Part shown: in pieces, positions 48,253 through 58,301 of the stretch | How the letters are laid out: every line of letters starts with the position of its first letter | How positions within the stretch are numbered: the first letter of the stretch is position 1 | Source: Vulcanimicrobiota bacterium | Lineage (GTDB): Bacteria; Vulcanimicrobiota; Vulcanimicrobiia; Vulcanimicrobiales; Vulcanimicrobiaceae | Assembly (NCBI GenBank): GCA_963820825.1 | Contig: CAWGBN010000006.1 | Location: 352,001 to 416,000, forward strand | DNA length: 64,000 nucleotides | Direction of reading: 5' to 3' | Position numbers and translations under genes: made by a program | The notes under the pieces: model-generated | Told to the model about the DNA's origin: nothing | The model's input: only the letters and a program-made list of their open reading frames with translations | Databases searched by the model: none

Positions 48253-48879
48253 ATGCTCCAGAGATATGTGCTCGTTGCGGCCGCCGCGGGGCTCGCCGCC
48301 TTTCTCCTCTGGCATCCCGCGCGCCGGCCGATCGTCGAGCAGGCCGCCGCGAGCGCATCCCCGCTGCCCGCTCTCTCCGATCTCTCCGCGCCGGGCTCGC
48401 ACCGCCGGCACGGGTGGCGCGATGCGGGCGGCGACGACGTGGTCGTCTACGTCGCCGGGGCGGTGAAGCGGCCCGGGCTCTACCACCTCCGTTCGGGCGA
48501 CCGCAACGATCGGGCGGTCGCGCTCGCCGGCGGCTTCGGCACCGCGGCCGACGCGACCGCGGTCAATCTCGCGCAGCGCGCAAACGACGGCGATGAGGTC
48601 TACGTCCCCGCAATCGGCGAAGCGCCGCGATCGCATTCGAGCGCCCGGCGTACGCGCCGCCACTCGGCACGTCCGCCGCCGGCCGAGGCCGTTGACGTCA
48701 ATCGTTCCGATGCGCAGATGCTTGCAGCGGTCCCCGGAATCGGTCGCGCCATCGCGCAGCGAATCGTCGAGTTGCGCGAACGGGAAGGGAGCTTTGCGTC
48801 GCTCGACGAGCTGCTCGACGTCGCCGGAATGACGCAGACGCGGCTCGAACGCGCTCGCCCCTACCTCCGCCAACCGTAA
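48253..48879 (+). CDS. comEA: ComEA family DNA-binding protein
   Basis: TM anchor, SLBB domain (VYVAGAVKRPGLY, VNLA), HhH motif VPGIGRAIAQRIV. Confidence 0.9.
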   Translation: MLQRYVLVAAAAGLAAFLLWHPARRPIVEQAAASASPLPALSDLSAPGSHRRHGWRDAGGDDVVVYVAGAVKRPGLYHLRSGDRNDRAVALAGGFGTAADATAVNLAQRANDGDEVYVPAIGEAPRSHSSARRTRRHSARPPPAEAVDVNRSDAQMLAAVPGIGRAIAQRIVELREREGSFASLDELLDVAGMTQTRLERARPYLRQP

Positions 48880-48889
48880 GCGACGACAG

Positions 48890-50734
48890 GTGAGCCCAGC
48901 GCTCAAAGCGCATTGGGCTAAGCCTGTGTATTCAACGGCGCTTCCGGCGAAGGAGACGCTGCCGAGCTTAATTCGGCGGGCGCTCGCAGAGCCGTGCGAT
49001 GAAGTGCTCCTCGAGCGCGTCAACCGGACGTGGACGCCGATTTCGAACGGCCGATTGCTGGAGCGCGTCGAGAACGTTGCCTGTGCGATTCGCGATGCGG
49101 GTTTGAGCGCGGGCGACCGCGTTGCGCTGATCGCGCATAACTGCGTCGATTGGATCGTCTGCGATTTTGCGACGTTCTTTGCCGGTTGCGTCGTCGTTCC
49201 GATCTATCCGACGCAAGCGCTCGATCACACCAGATACATCCTCGAACACTCCGGTGCCCGACTGCTCTTCGTCGATACCGCTGCCACTGCGGCGCGCGTT
49301 GCCGAATCGGGTGCGACGCTGCCGCGTATCGTCGTCTTCGAATCGGCAGCCTCCGACGGATTCGCGGCATTCGAAACGCGCGGTGCAGAGATCCGCGCGG
49401 CGCATCCGGAGCTCCCCGGCGCCTACGAAGCGACGCTTCTGCCCGACGACTTGGCGGTGCTGATCTACACGTCGGGAACGACGGGATCGCCCAAGGGTGT
49501 GATGCTCTCGCACGACAACCTCGGCTTCGACGCCCAGGTATCGCTCACGTGCGGATTCGAGGGAATCGAATCCGGTCGCGACGTCCTCTCGGTGCTGCCG
49601 TACTCGCACATCTACGAGCACACGATCATCTACATCTACCTCGTCGCTCGCGTGCGATATTTTATCTGCCACGATCCCGCGGAGCTGCTCGACGATTTAC
49701 GCGACGTACGGCCGACCGAGATGACCTCGGTGCCGCGCATCTTCGATCGCGTTCTGAGCGGCATTCGCGGTCAAGCGCAGGCGGCCGGCGGCCTCAAGGC
49801 ACGGCTCGTTCCTTGGGCGCTCGGAGTAGCGCGAGACTACGCCGCGGCGAAGACCTTCGGCGGCAAGGTTCCGCTCGGGCTGCGCGTGCGCTACCGAATC
49901 GCCGGCGCGCTCGTCCTCTCGAAGATCCGCCACATGCTCGGTCTCGACCGCGTGCGATTCCTCACCAGCGGTAGCGCACCGCTCCATATCGACACCGCGA
50001 TGACCTTCCTTGGACTCGGGGTCCCGATCATGCAGGGGTACGGTCTCACCGAGACCTCGCCGGTGGTTTCGGTCAGCCGTCTCTCCGACAATGAGTACGG
50101 CGCGGTCGGGCGCCCGATCGACGGCGTCGACGTGCACATCGCCCAGGATGGCGAGGTCTTGGTTCGCGGACGCAACGTGATGCAGGGATACTACCGCGAC
50201 CCGCAAGCGACGGCCGCGGCGATCGTCGACGGCTGGCTCCATACCGGCGACGTCGGCGAGATCGATGCATCGGGCTTCCTGCGCATTACCGATCGAAAGA
50301 ACGAGATTTTCAAGACCGGGACGGGTAAATGGGTCTCGCCGGCGCGGATCGAGGCGAACGTCAAGCGCTCGATGTTCGTCACCAATGCGATGGTGCTGGG
50401 CAGCGGCCGCCCGTTTCCGATTGCGCTGATTTCGCCGAACTGGCCGCTCGTGCGCCTCGAGCTGCCGGCGCTGCCCAAGGAGGCGACGGCCGATCAACTC
50501 GCCGGCCGGGAGGACGTTCATGCATTTCTCTCGCGCGAGGTTCACCGCCAGACGCACGGGCTGGCAACCTACGAGCAGATCCGGCGGGTGATCGTCGTTC
50601 CTGCGGATTTCACCGTCGATGGTGGGGAGCTCTCGCCGTCCATGAAGGTTAAGCGCCGCGTCGTAGAAGCGCGGTACGCTCCTCAAATAGAAGAAGCGTA
50701 CGGGGGCGAAGCGCCGGTGCACGCCGCGCTCTAG
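48890..50734 (+). CDS. Long-chain fatty acid-CoA ligase
   Basis: IYTSGTTGSPKG, QGYGLTE, GWLHTGD, TDRK, ELSPSMKVKR. Confidence 0.92.
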   Translation: MSPALKAHWAKPVYSTALPAKETLPSLIRRALAEPCDEVLLERVNRTWTPISNGRLLERVENVACAIRDAGLSAGDRVALIAHNCVDWIVCDFATFFAGCVVVPIYPTQALDHTRYILEHSGARLLFVDTAATAARVAESGATLPRIVVFESAASDGFAAFETRGAEIRAAHPELPGAYEATLLPDDLAVLIYTSGTTGSPKGVMLSHDNLGFDAQVSLTCGFEGIESGRDVLSVLPYSHIYEHTIIYIYLVARVRYFICHDPAELLDDLRDVRPTEMTSVPRIFDRVLSGIRGQAQAAGGLKARLVPWALGVARDYAAAKTFGGKVPLGLRVRYRIAGALVLSKIRHMLGLDRVRFLTSGSAPLHIDTAMTFLGLGVPIMQGYGLTETSPVVSVSRLSDNEYGAVGRPIDGVDVHIAQDGEVLVRGRNVMQGYYRDPQATAAAIVDGWLHTGDVGEIDASGFLRITDRKNEIFKTGTGKWVSPARIEANVKRSMFVTNAMVLGSGRPFPIALISPNWPLVRLELPALPKEATADQLAGREDVHAFLSREVHRQTHGLATYEQIRRVIVVPADFTVDGGELSPSMKVKRRVVEARYAPQIEEAYGGEAPVHAAL

Positions 50735-50742
50735 ACTCCGAG

Positions 50743-51111
50743 ATGCGTCGTATCGATGAGTTCGTCCGCGGCCCGGTCAAGAGTAAGACGCTCTTCCCGG
50801 CATTGATCCTCCACTTCATCGAGCGCCACCCCGACCACGGCTACGGCTTGATGCAGCGCATTGCGGACGTTTGCGGCGACCTGGTGGCCGTGAACACCAA
50901 CAAGATCTATCCGCTGCTGCGACGCCTCGAGGAGCGCGGCTTCCTCACCGCGACCTGGGAACATCCGAGCAAGCGTTCGCGGCGCGTCTACGCAATCACC
51001 GACCAGGGGCGCGAGCGTCTCGAACGGATCAAAGGGCTGATGCTGCCGTATCTCGATTCGATCTCCGGCGCGATCGAACGGCTGAAGTCGGAGCTCTACG
51101 GGCAGCTTTGA
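50743..51111 (+). CDS. PadR family transcriptional regulator
   Basis: HGYGL, IYPLLRRLEERG, RRVYAITDQG. Confidence 0.88.
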   Translation: MRRIDEFVRGPVKSKTLFPALILHFIERHPDHGYGLMQRIADVCGDLVAVNTNKIYPLLRRLEERGFLTATWEHPSKRSRRVYAITDQGRERLERIKGLMLPYLDSISGAIERLKSELYGQL

Positions 51112-51196
51112 CGAAACTTTGATGACGCCGGTTCGCGCCGAGAGCAGGAGCGGCGCGCCGGGCCGCAATAATCGCGTCGCGTCGGAGGTTTATCTA

Positions 51197-52717
51197 TTGC
51201 CGTTGAAAGCGTTGCGCCTTCTGCTGGCCGCCGTGCTCGTACTGGGGATCCCCAACCGAGTCGCTGCGAAGCCTCCGGCAATTCCGGCGCTCACGCCCGA
51301 TGCCGTTACTCACCACACGATCGTTCTCGGCGGCCGAACGCTGGCGTACACGGCGCGGGCCGGAACGATCACCCTGCGTAACGGTCAAGACCAACCGACC
51401 GCGCGGGTCTTCTATACGGCCTATACGCTCGACCGCGCGGATCCGTCGAAGCGCGCGGTGACCTTCCTGTATAACGGCGGTCCGGGAAGCTCGACGATGT
51501 GGCTGCGCATGGGTTCGTTCGGCCCGGTGCGCGTCGCCACGCGCGACGGCGGAATCAGCGGTCCTCCGCCGTATCGGATCGTCTCGAATCAGTACTCGCT
51601 GCTCGACCGCACCGATCTCGTCTTCATCGATATGCCGGGAAGCGGCTACGGGCGACTCATCGGCGCCGGAACGCGCAAGGATTTTTGGGGCGTCGACGAG
51701 GACGTCGCCGCCTTCGCACAGTTCATCCAGCGCTACATCACCAACTTCAACCGCTGGAACTCGCCCCGTTTTCTCTTCGGCGAGTCGTACGGAACGACGC
51801 GCTCGTCGGTGCTGACGAAGTATCTCCAAGACGAAGGCATCTCGCTCAACGGCGTCGTGCTGCTCTCGTCGTTCTTGAACTCGAATATCGACTACAACGA
51901 CGGTGCGCCGATCGGCGGCGGCGATTGGGCCTACGTGCTCTACCTGCCGACCGAAACGGCGACCGCGTGGTATCACGGCGCGCTGCGCGGAGGTCCGCCG
52001 CTCTCCTCGCTCTTACCCGAAGTCGAGAACTTCGCGCTCAACGAGTACGTCGATGCCCTGGCGCAGGGGGCGCGGCTCGCGCCCGACCGCTACAACGACG
52101 TCGTTGCGAAGCTGCACCGCTACACGGGGCTATCCGAGCAGTATATCCGCAACTCGAACCTGCGCATCCAGTACGACCGGTTCGAGAACGAGTTGCTGCG
52201 CCAGCGCGGGATCACCGTCGGCCGAATCGATGCACGTTTTTCGACCTACGTGCTCGACCGGCCCGAGGTCTCGCCCGATTGGGACGCGACCGACGCCGCG
52301 ATCGATTCGGCCTTCGTCTCGACCTCCAACTACTATCTGCGGCAGATGCTCAAATACAATACGCCGCTGCTCTATCGCGGCGAGATTTACGATCTCATCT
52401 ACGCCGACGGCGAGACCTGGGATTTCAAGCATGGGAACAACGTCCAGATCCTCAACGTAACGCCCGACCTCGCGCAGGCAATGACCTATAATCCGCGGCT
52501 CAAGATCTTCTCGGCGGGCGGATACTTCGATTTTGCGACGCCGTTCTTCGCGACGGTCTACGCGCTCGACCACCTCTACCTCGCGCCCGCAGTACAGCGC
52601 AACATCACGTGGGGGCTCTATCAATCCGGACACATGGTCTATCTCCATCCGGCGGCGCTGGCCCAGTTCCACGCCGACCTCGAGCGTTGGTACGTACGGG
52701 TGCTTTCAAATGCGTGA
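51197..52717 (+). CDS. Secreted serine carboxypeptidase (peptidase S10), copy 1
   Basis: NGGPGSS, GESYG, GYFDFATP, SGHMVY; TTG start after GGAGG. Confidence 0.9.
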   Translation: MPLKALRLLLAAVLVLGIPNRVAAKPPAIPALTPDAVTHHTIVLGGRTLAYTARAGTITLRNGQDQPTARVFYTAYTLDRADPSKRAVTFLYNGGPGSSTMWLRMGSFGPVRVATRDGGISGPPPYRIVSNQYSLLDRTDLVFIDMPGSGYGRLIGAGTRKDFWGVDEDVAAFAQFIQRYITNFNRWNSPRFLFGESYGTTRSSVLTKYLQDEGISLNGVVLLSSFLNSNIDYNDGAPIGGGDWAYVLYLPTETATAWYHGALRGGPPLSSLLPEVENFALNEYVDALAQGARLAPDRYNDVVAKLHRYTGLSEQYIRNSNLRIQYDRFENELLRQRGITVGRIDARFSTYVLDRPEVSPDWDATDAAIDSAFVSTSNYYLRQMLKYNTPLLYRGEIYDLIYADGETWDFKHGNNVQILNVTPDLAQAMTYNPRLKIFSAGGYFDFATPFFATVYALDHLYLAPAVQRNITWGLYQSGHMVYLHPAALAQFHADLERWYVRVLSNA

Positions 52718-54215
52718 GCTGATCTGTGCGTTTGCCGCCGCCATGCTCCTCGCCGCGGCGCCGGCGCCCGCGCCGAAAGCGACGCCGGGACCGATGGCCG
52801 CCGACGCGGTCACCGAGCACTCGATCACCTTGGGCGGCAAACCCTATCCGTACGCCGCGCGAGCCGGAACGATTGCGCTCGAAAACAATAAGGGTGACGC
52901 GACGTGCCGGATGTTCTACACGGCCTTCACCGTCGAGGGTGCCGATCCGCGTACGCGCCCGGTGACGTTTCTCTACAACGGCGGTCCGGGAAGCTCGACG
53001 ATTTGGCTGCGCATGGGCTCGTTCGGTCCGATGCGCGTTGAGGTCGGCGACGGCGTGCCGACGGCGAATGCGCCCTTCAATCTCGTTCCGAACCAGTACT
53101 CGCTGCTCGATCGCACCGATCTCGTCTTCGTCGATGCGCCCGACACCGGTTTCAGCCGGATTACCCCCGACGGCAAGCCCGACGAATTCTTCGGCGCCGA
53201 CGCCGACGTCAAAGCGTTCGCGCAGTTCGTCTCGCGCTATATCACGACGTTCGGCCGGTGGAACTCACCGAAGTTCCTCTTCGGCGAATCGTACGGGACG
53301 CCGCGCTCGGCGATGCTCGTCAATACGCTGGAGCACCAGGGCATCGGCATCAACGGCGTCGTCTTACTCTCGTCGGTCCTCGATTTCTCACTCGATTGGG
53401 ACGTGAACTTCACGCCGACCGCGATCGGCGGCGGCGACTGGGCCTTCCCGCTCTACCTGCCCACCGAAGCGGCGTCGGCGTGGTACCATCACGCACTTCC
53501 CGGGCCGCAGACGACGCTTTCGGCGTTGCTGCCGCAAGTGGAAGACTTCGCGATGCACGAGTATCTCAACGCACTTGCGCAAGGTGCGAAGCTCCCCCCG
53601 AGTACCTACGACGACGTCGTCTCCAAGCTGCACCAGTACACCGGACTCTCGACGAACTACATCAGGCTCTCGAACCTGCGGATTCCCTACGGGCGCTATA
53701 CCACCGAGCTATTCCGCGACAGCGGCGTCATGCTCGGCCGCTACGACGCGCGCTTTACGTCGTACAATCTCGACCGGATCAACGATCAATCGGACTTCGA
53801 CCCGGTCGACTCGGCGATCGACGCGGCCTTCGTCGGCAGCGGCAACTTCTATCTGCGACAGATGTTGGGATATCAGACGACGCTGATCTACCGCCCGACC
53901 GTCAACGTCTTTCGCCAGTGGGATTGGAAACACAATGGCAACTTGCCGACCAATACCGCGCAGGATCTCGCGGGCGCGATGGCCTTCAATCCTCACCTGC
54001 AAGTCTTTTCAGGGAACGGATACTACGATTTCGCGACGCCGTTTTGGGCGACGGTCTACACGCTCAACCACCTGAATCTCCCGCCCGAGCTGCAGAAGAA
54101 CATCTCCTACGGCTTCTACGAATCCGGGCACATGGTCTATCTGCACCCGCCGGCGCTCGCGCAGTTCCACGACGATCTCGAGAACTGGTACGCGCGGACG
54201 CTCGGCGAGCGCTAG
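52710..54215 (+). CDS. Secreted serine carboxypeptidase (peptidase S10), copy 2
   Basis: Signal peptide, NGGPGSS, GESYG, GYYDFATP, SGHMVY. Confidence 0.9.
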   Translation: MRELICAFAAAMLLAAAPAPAPKATPGPMAADAVTEHSITLGGKPYPYAARAGTIALENNKGDATCRMFYTAFTVEGADPRTRPVTFLYNGGPGSSTIWLRMGSFGPMRVEVGDGVPTANAPFNLVPNQYSLLDRTDLVFVDAPDTGFSRITPDGKPDEFFGADADVKAFAQFVSRYITTFGRWNSPKFLFGESYGTPRSAMLVNTLEHQGIGINGVVLLSSVLDFSLDWDVNFTPTAIGGGDWAFPLYLPTEAASAWYHHALPGPQTTLSALLPQVEDFAMHEYLNALAQGAKLPPSTYDDVVSKLHQYTGLSTNYIRLSNLRIPYGRYTTELFRDSGVMLGRYDARFTSYNLDRINDQSDFDPVDSAIDAAFVGSGNFYLRQMLGYQTTLIYRPTVNVFRQWDWKHNGNLPTNTAQDLAGAMAFNPHLQVFSGNGYYDFATPFWATVYTLNHLNLPPELQKNISYGFYESGHMVYLHPPALAQFHDDLENWYARTLGER

Positions 54216-54218
54216 GCC

Positions 54219-57200
54219 TTACTTCGCCGGTATCTCCGACTTCGCGGCCGTCTGCCGGTAGATCGCCTCGAGCTTGGTGTACGCCGTGCGCATGTCCGGA
54301 GTCGGGGCGGCGTCCGCGCTCTCTACGGCACTCTCGAGGTAATCGAGCGACGTCTCCAGATAGAGAAAGCTGGTGAAGTCGCGCGAGTACGCGCCGACGG
54401 AATCGTCGGGATTATCGGGCGGCTCTTCGCCGATTACGTCGCGGCGATAGGCTTGTGCGCGGCCGGCCGGGAGGCGTTTGACGAACTGCTGGGCCTTCGT
54501 ACGCGCGGCCGCGACCTCGTCGCGGAGCGCCTGGACGAGTCGCGCGAGCTGGTACTGAGCGAGTAAATCGGCGTTCGAAGCGGCGATGCGCGGGTCTTTC
54601 ATCACGCGCGCCGTGCGCGTCAGGCTCTTGCCGTTGACGCTCAGGCGTACGGTGTAGACTCCGGGCGGCACGAGCACGCCGGCGGCGTTCTTTTCGTGGA
54701 AATCCCAGATGAAACGATGCGCGCCGGCCTCCGCGACCGGCACGGGGTGCTGCTCGATCCAGTGCGTCGTGAACGGAACGTTCTTCGGATCGGCCGTCTT
54801 CAACGGGTGTGCGCTCGACCATCTGCGCACCACGAGGCCGTCACCGGCAAGAATGTCAATGGCGACGGGCGTGTTCGGCGCGTCGGGCAGATAGTAGTCG
54901 ATATATAAGCCCTCCGGCGCGTTATCGACTTGCGGCTCGTCGAGCGGAAGCGGCGTCCCTTCTTGATTGCCGGGGCGCACGCGATAGGCGGTCGCCGGGG
55001 CGAAGAGATACGCGCCCCCCGAAGCCGCGGCTTCGGGCATCTGTCGCAGCGGCGTCACGTCGTCCAGCACCCAAAACGCGCGGCCGTGCGTCGCGACGAC
55101 GAGGTCGTTACCGTGCACCGCGATATCGCGTATCGACGTAACCGGTAAATTTAGCTGCAGCGGCTGCCAGTCGGCCCCGTCGTCGAAGGAGACGTAAACC
55201 CCGCGCTCGGTTCCTGCGTAGAGCAGGCCGCGCCGTTTAGGATCTTCACGCACGACGTTGACGAACGATCCGTTGGGAATGCCGCTCGCGATCGCCGTCC
55301 AACTCGCGCCGCCGTCGGTAGTGCGGTAGATATAGGGTGCGTAATCGTCGAGCCGGTGGCGATCGATCGCCGCGTACGCCGTTGCCGTATCGAAGTGCGA
55401 GGCTTCAATCGTCCCGACTTTGCTCCACGACGTCAACGTCGCCGGCGTAACGTTATGCCAGGTACGGCAATCGTCACGGGTCACCCAGACGTAGCCATCG
55501 TCGGTTCCGGCCCAAATAAGATTCGCTCGCAGCGGCGACGGAGCGATCGTATAGACGACGCCGTGCCGAGCGATCCCGTTGTTGTCGCGCAGCGTCGGCG
55601 AATCGAGGTTCGAGGGCGTACCTTCGTGTGCGCGCGAGAGATCGGGACTGACGATCTTCCACGTCTCGCCCCCGTCACGCGAGCGAAAGACGCTTTGGTG
55701 ACCGAAGTAGAGCGAGGTGCGATCGACCGGCGAGAATGCCAACGGCAACGTCCACGTGTTGCGCCAGATGGTGCCGGGGTGGGTGATGATCGGGTCGACG
55801 TTCTGTTCCCATCCGGTTACGGGGATTTCGCGGGTTACGGTCGGTCCGCCCTGACCGCTGGAGTCCCCGTAGACCAAACCCGGATGTCGCGGGTCGGGCG
55901 CGAGGTTCCCATTCTCGCCGCCGACGTCTACGGGGCGAAAATCCTGTTGTGAAATCGTTCCGTACTTACTTTGGGTGGTTGCGATCGCGGCGCCCGAGTC
56001 TTGCTGCGCGCCGTATGCGGAGAACGGGAATGCGTCGTCGGTCGCGACGTGATAGAACTGCGCCGTCGGCTGGTTGTACCAGGAACTCCACGTCCTCGCC
56101 GCGTCGACGGTGACGATCACCCCTTGGTCGCTGCCGAGAATCATGCGATTCGAATCGCCGGGGTCGATCCAGAGCGTGTGGAAATCGTCGCCCGTCGGAT
56201 CGCCGAGAGCTGCATCGAAGCTCTTACCGGCGTTCGCCGACCGGTACGTCGCCGTGTTCATCACGTAGACGACGTCGGGATTATGCGGATCGGCGGTGAT
56301 GCCGCTGAAGTACCAACCGCGCTGCCAGATCCGCTCTTCGGAATCGGTGTGGGTCCAGGTCGCTCCCGCATCGTCGGAACGATAGACGCCGCCGAGTCCC
56401 ACGGTGCTGTCGACCTGCGCGTAGATCCGATGCGGCGCCGCGGCTGAGATCGAGAGGCCGATTCGTCCGACGTGCGCCGGCAAGCCGTTCGTGAGCTGCG
56501 TCCATGTTGCGCCGCCGTCGGTCGATTTGTAGAGACCGCTACCCGGCCCGTTTGACGGCGGATAGACGTTCCACGGCGGGCGGCGCGTCTGCCAGAGCGC
56601 GGCATAGATGACGTTGGGATCGTCGGGTGCCATCGCGAGCGAGATCGCCCCGGTGTTCGCGTCTTTGTAGAGCACTTTTTTCCAGGTTACGCCGCCGTCG
56701 ATCGACTTGAAGACGCCGCGTTCGGCGTTCGGTCCGTATGGATGTCCGAGCGCGGCAACGTAGACGATGCCGGCGTTATGCGGATCGACGACGATCGCGC
56801 CGATTTGCTTACTGTCGTTCAATCCGAGATGCGTCCAGCTTCTGCCGCCGTTGGTCGATTTATACACTCCGTTGCCGTAGGCGATGTCGGAACGCATGTC
56901 CGCCTCGCCGGTTCCGAGGTAAATCGTCTGCGGGCTGCTCGGAGCGATCGCGATCGCGCCGATCGATCCGATATCTTGATCGTCGAAGATCGGGTTCCAG
57001 GTGCGTCCGGCATTGAGCGTCTCCCAGACGCCGCCGTCTACCGCGCCGAAATAAAAGTGGTTCGGTTCACCCGGTACGCCGGTGACCGCGAGCGCACGGC
57101 CGCCGCGAAAGGGCCCGATTAGCCGCCAGTGGAGCGAGGTGAAGTATGCTGAGGGAATTCGCCCAGCGGTACTCGCGCTCGCGGTGAGCGCCGGGCTTGT

Positions 57201-57239
57201 AAGAATGACCGCGATGCAGAAGGCAGAGAGGCGTCGCAT
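54219..57239 (-). CDS. Secreted BNR/Asp-box (VPS10/sortilin-like) beta-propeller protein
   Basis: WRLIGPFRGGR and many SxDxGxTW repeats; ATHGRAFW. Confidence 0.88.
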   Translation of the reverse strand: MRRLSAFCIAVILTSPALTASASTAGRIPSAYFTSLHWRLIGPFRGGRALAVTGVPGEPNHFYFGAVDGGVWETLNAGRTWNPIFDDQDIGSIGAIAIAPSSPQTIYLGTGEADMRSDIAYGNGVYKSTNGGRSWTHLGLNDSKQIGAIVVDPHNAGIVYVAALGHPYGPNAERGVFKSIDGGVTWKKVLYKDANTGAISLAMAPDDPNVIYAALWQTRRPPWNVYPPSNGPGSGLYKSTDGGATWTQLTNGLPAHVGRIGLSISAAAPHRIYAQVDSTVGLGGVYRSDDAGATWTHTDSEERIWQRGWYFSGITADPHNPDVVYVMNTATYRSANAGKSFDAALGDPTGDDFHTLWIDPGDSNRMILGSDQGVIVTVDAARTWSSWYNQPTAQFYHVATDDAFPFSAYGAQQDSGAAIATTQSKYGTISQQDFRPVDVGGENGNLAPDPRHPGLVYGDSSGQGGPTVTREIPVTGWEQNVDPIITHPGTIWRNTWTLPLAFSPVDRTSLYFGHQSVFRSRDGGETWKIVSPDLSRAHEGTPSNLDSPTLRDNNGIARHGVVYTIAPSPLRANLIWAGTDDGYVWVTRDDCRTWHNVTPATLTSWSKVGTIEASHFDTATAYAAIDRHRLDDYAPYIYRTTDGGASWTAIASGIPNGSFVNVVREDPKRRGLLYAGTERGVYVSFDDGADWQPLQLNLPVTSIRDIAVHGNDLVVATHGRAFWVLDDVTPLRQMPEAAASGGAYLFAPATAYRVRPGNQEGTPLPLDEPQVDNAPEGLYIDYYLPDAPNTPVAIDILAGDGLVVRRWSSAHPLKTADPKNVPFTTHWIEQHPVPVAEAGAHRFIWDFHEKNAAGVLVPPGVYTVRLSVNGKSLTRTARVMKDPRIAASNADLLAQYQLARLVQALRDEVAAARTKAQQFVKRLPAGRAQAYRRDVIGEEPPDNPDDSVGAYSRDFTSFLYLETSLDYLESAVESADAAPTPDMRTAYTKLEAIYRQTAAKSEIPAK

Positions 57240-57245
57240 AGACGC

Positions 57246-58262
57246 CTACCATCCGCCGCCGCTGTCGCCGCCTCCCCCGCCGAGGTCTCCGCCGCCGGCG
57301 TCACCGCCGAAGCCGCCGCCACTCCAGCCGCCGCCGCTCGCGCCCCCGAGGTCGGCTTGACCGGCGTCGCTCTGCCAGCCGCCGGAATCGGTGGGCGCAC
57401 CCCAGCCGCCGCCGGTGTCGCCCGGAATCTGTCCCGCTTGCGTGGGCGCGATCCCGCCGCCACCGCCGCGAAAGAGTTCGTTGCCTAGCCACGCGCCGCC
57501 GAGTCCGCCGAGCAATCCGCTCCAAAAACTTCCTCCGCCGCCGTAGCCGTAACCGTAGCCGGGGCCGCCGTACCCCGGTCCGTATCCGCCGCCGGGTGGG
57601 GCTCCGGGCGGCGGCGCGCCGGGCGCACCGCCGTAGTAGCGCGGCGCCGCAAGCGCGCGTAGGATCGAGCGGATGATTAAGAACGCGACGACCGCAATGA
57701 TAACCCACCAAAACATCGAGATGTGAACTCCTCCGGAGGATGGTCGCGCCGGCGCAAGCGCCGCGCCGGCCGGCGCGCGCTGCGGTGACGCGCCGAGGTG
57801 CGCGCGGTAAATGTTCAGTATGGCGTCGACCGCGCCGGTAATGCCGGCATCGTAATTTTCGCTGCGGAACTGGCTCTCCATCGCCGTGCGAATCGAGCGA
57901 AGCACGTCGGGCGTGAACCAGCCGGCCTGCGCCCCCGCGCGATCGGGGACGATGATGTCGCGCCGGTCGTCGCGAGCGATGAAGACTAGGACCCCGTTCA
58001 CACTCTGCTGCGAGAAGGCCGAGCCCGCGGCGCTCTGCAACGTGGCGCCGCCCAGCGATGGCGTCGTGAGCACCACGATCTCCTTGCCGGTCTGCGCGTT
58101 GAAGTTGGAGATGCGTGTGTTGAGCTGCGCGACCGTCGTCGCCGAAAACATCCCGGCTTGGTCCTGCACGAAGTCGCGCGCCTCGGCCGGTAGGGCCGCT
58201 GCGCCGAGCAACGCGGCCAGGACTCCCCCGGCGGCTGCGGTCCGCGCCGAAATAGCCTTCAT
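57246..58262 (-). CDS. TPM domain protein with Gly-rich C-terminal tail
   Basis: FVQDQAGMFS, TGKEIVV, FRSENYDAGI, TM helix, GGGDSGGGW end. Confidence 0.85.
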   Translation of the reverse strand: MKAISARTAAAGGVLAALLGAAALPAEARDFVQDQAGMFSATTVAQLNTRISNFNAQTGKEIVVLTTPSLGGATLQSAAGSAFSQQSVNGVLVFIARDDRRDIIVPDRAGAQAGWFTPDVLRSIRTAMESQFRSENYDAGITGAVDAILNIYRAHLGASPQRAPAGAALAPARPSSGGVHISMFWWVIIAVVAFLIIRSILRALAAPRYYGGAPGAPPPGAPPGGGYGPGYGGPGYGYGYGGGGSFWSGLLGGLGGAWLGNELFRGGGGGIAPTQAGQIPGDTGGGWGAPTDSGGWQSDAGQADLGGASGGGWSGGGFGGDAGGGDLGGGGGDSGGGW

Positions 58263-58301
58263 GCCGGGTCTTACCATAGCACGAAGGCGAAGTTTCGGCT
58301 T

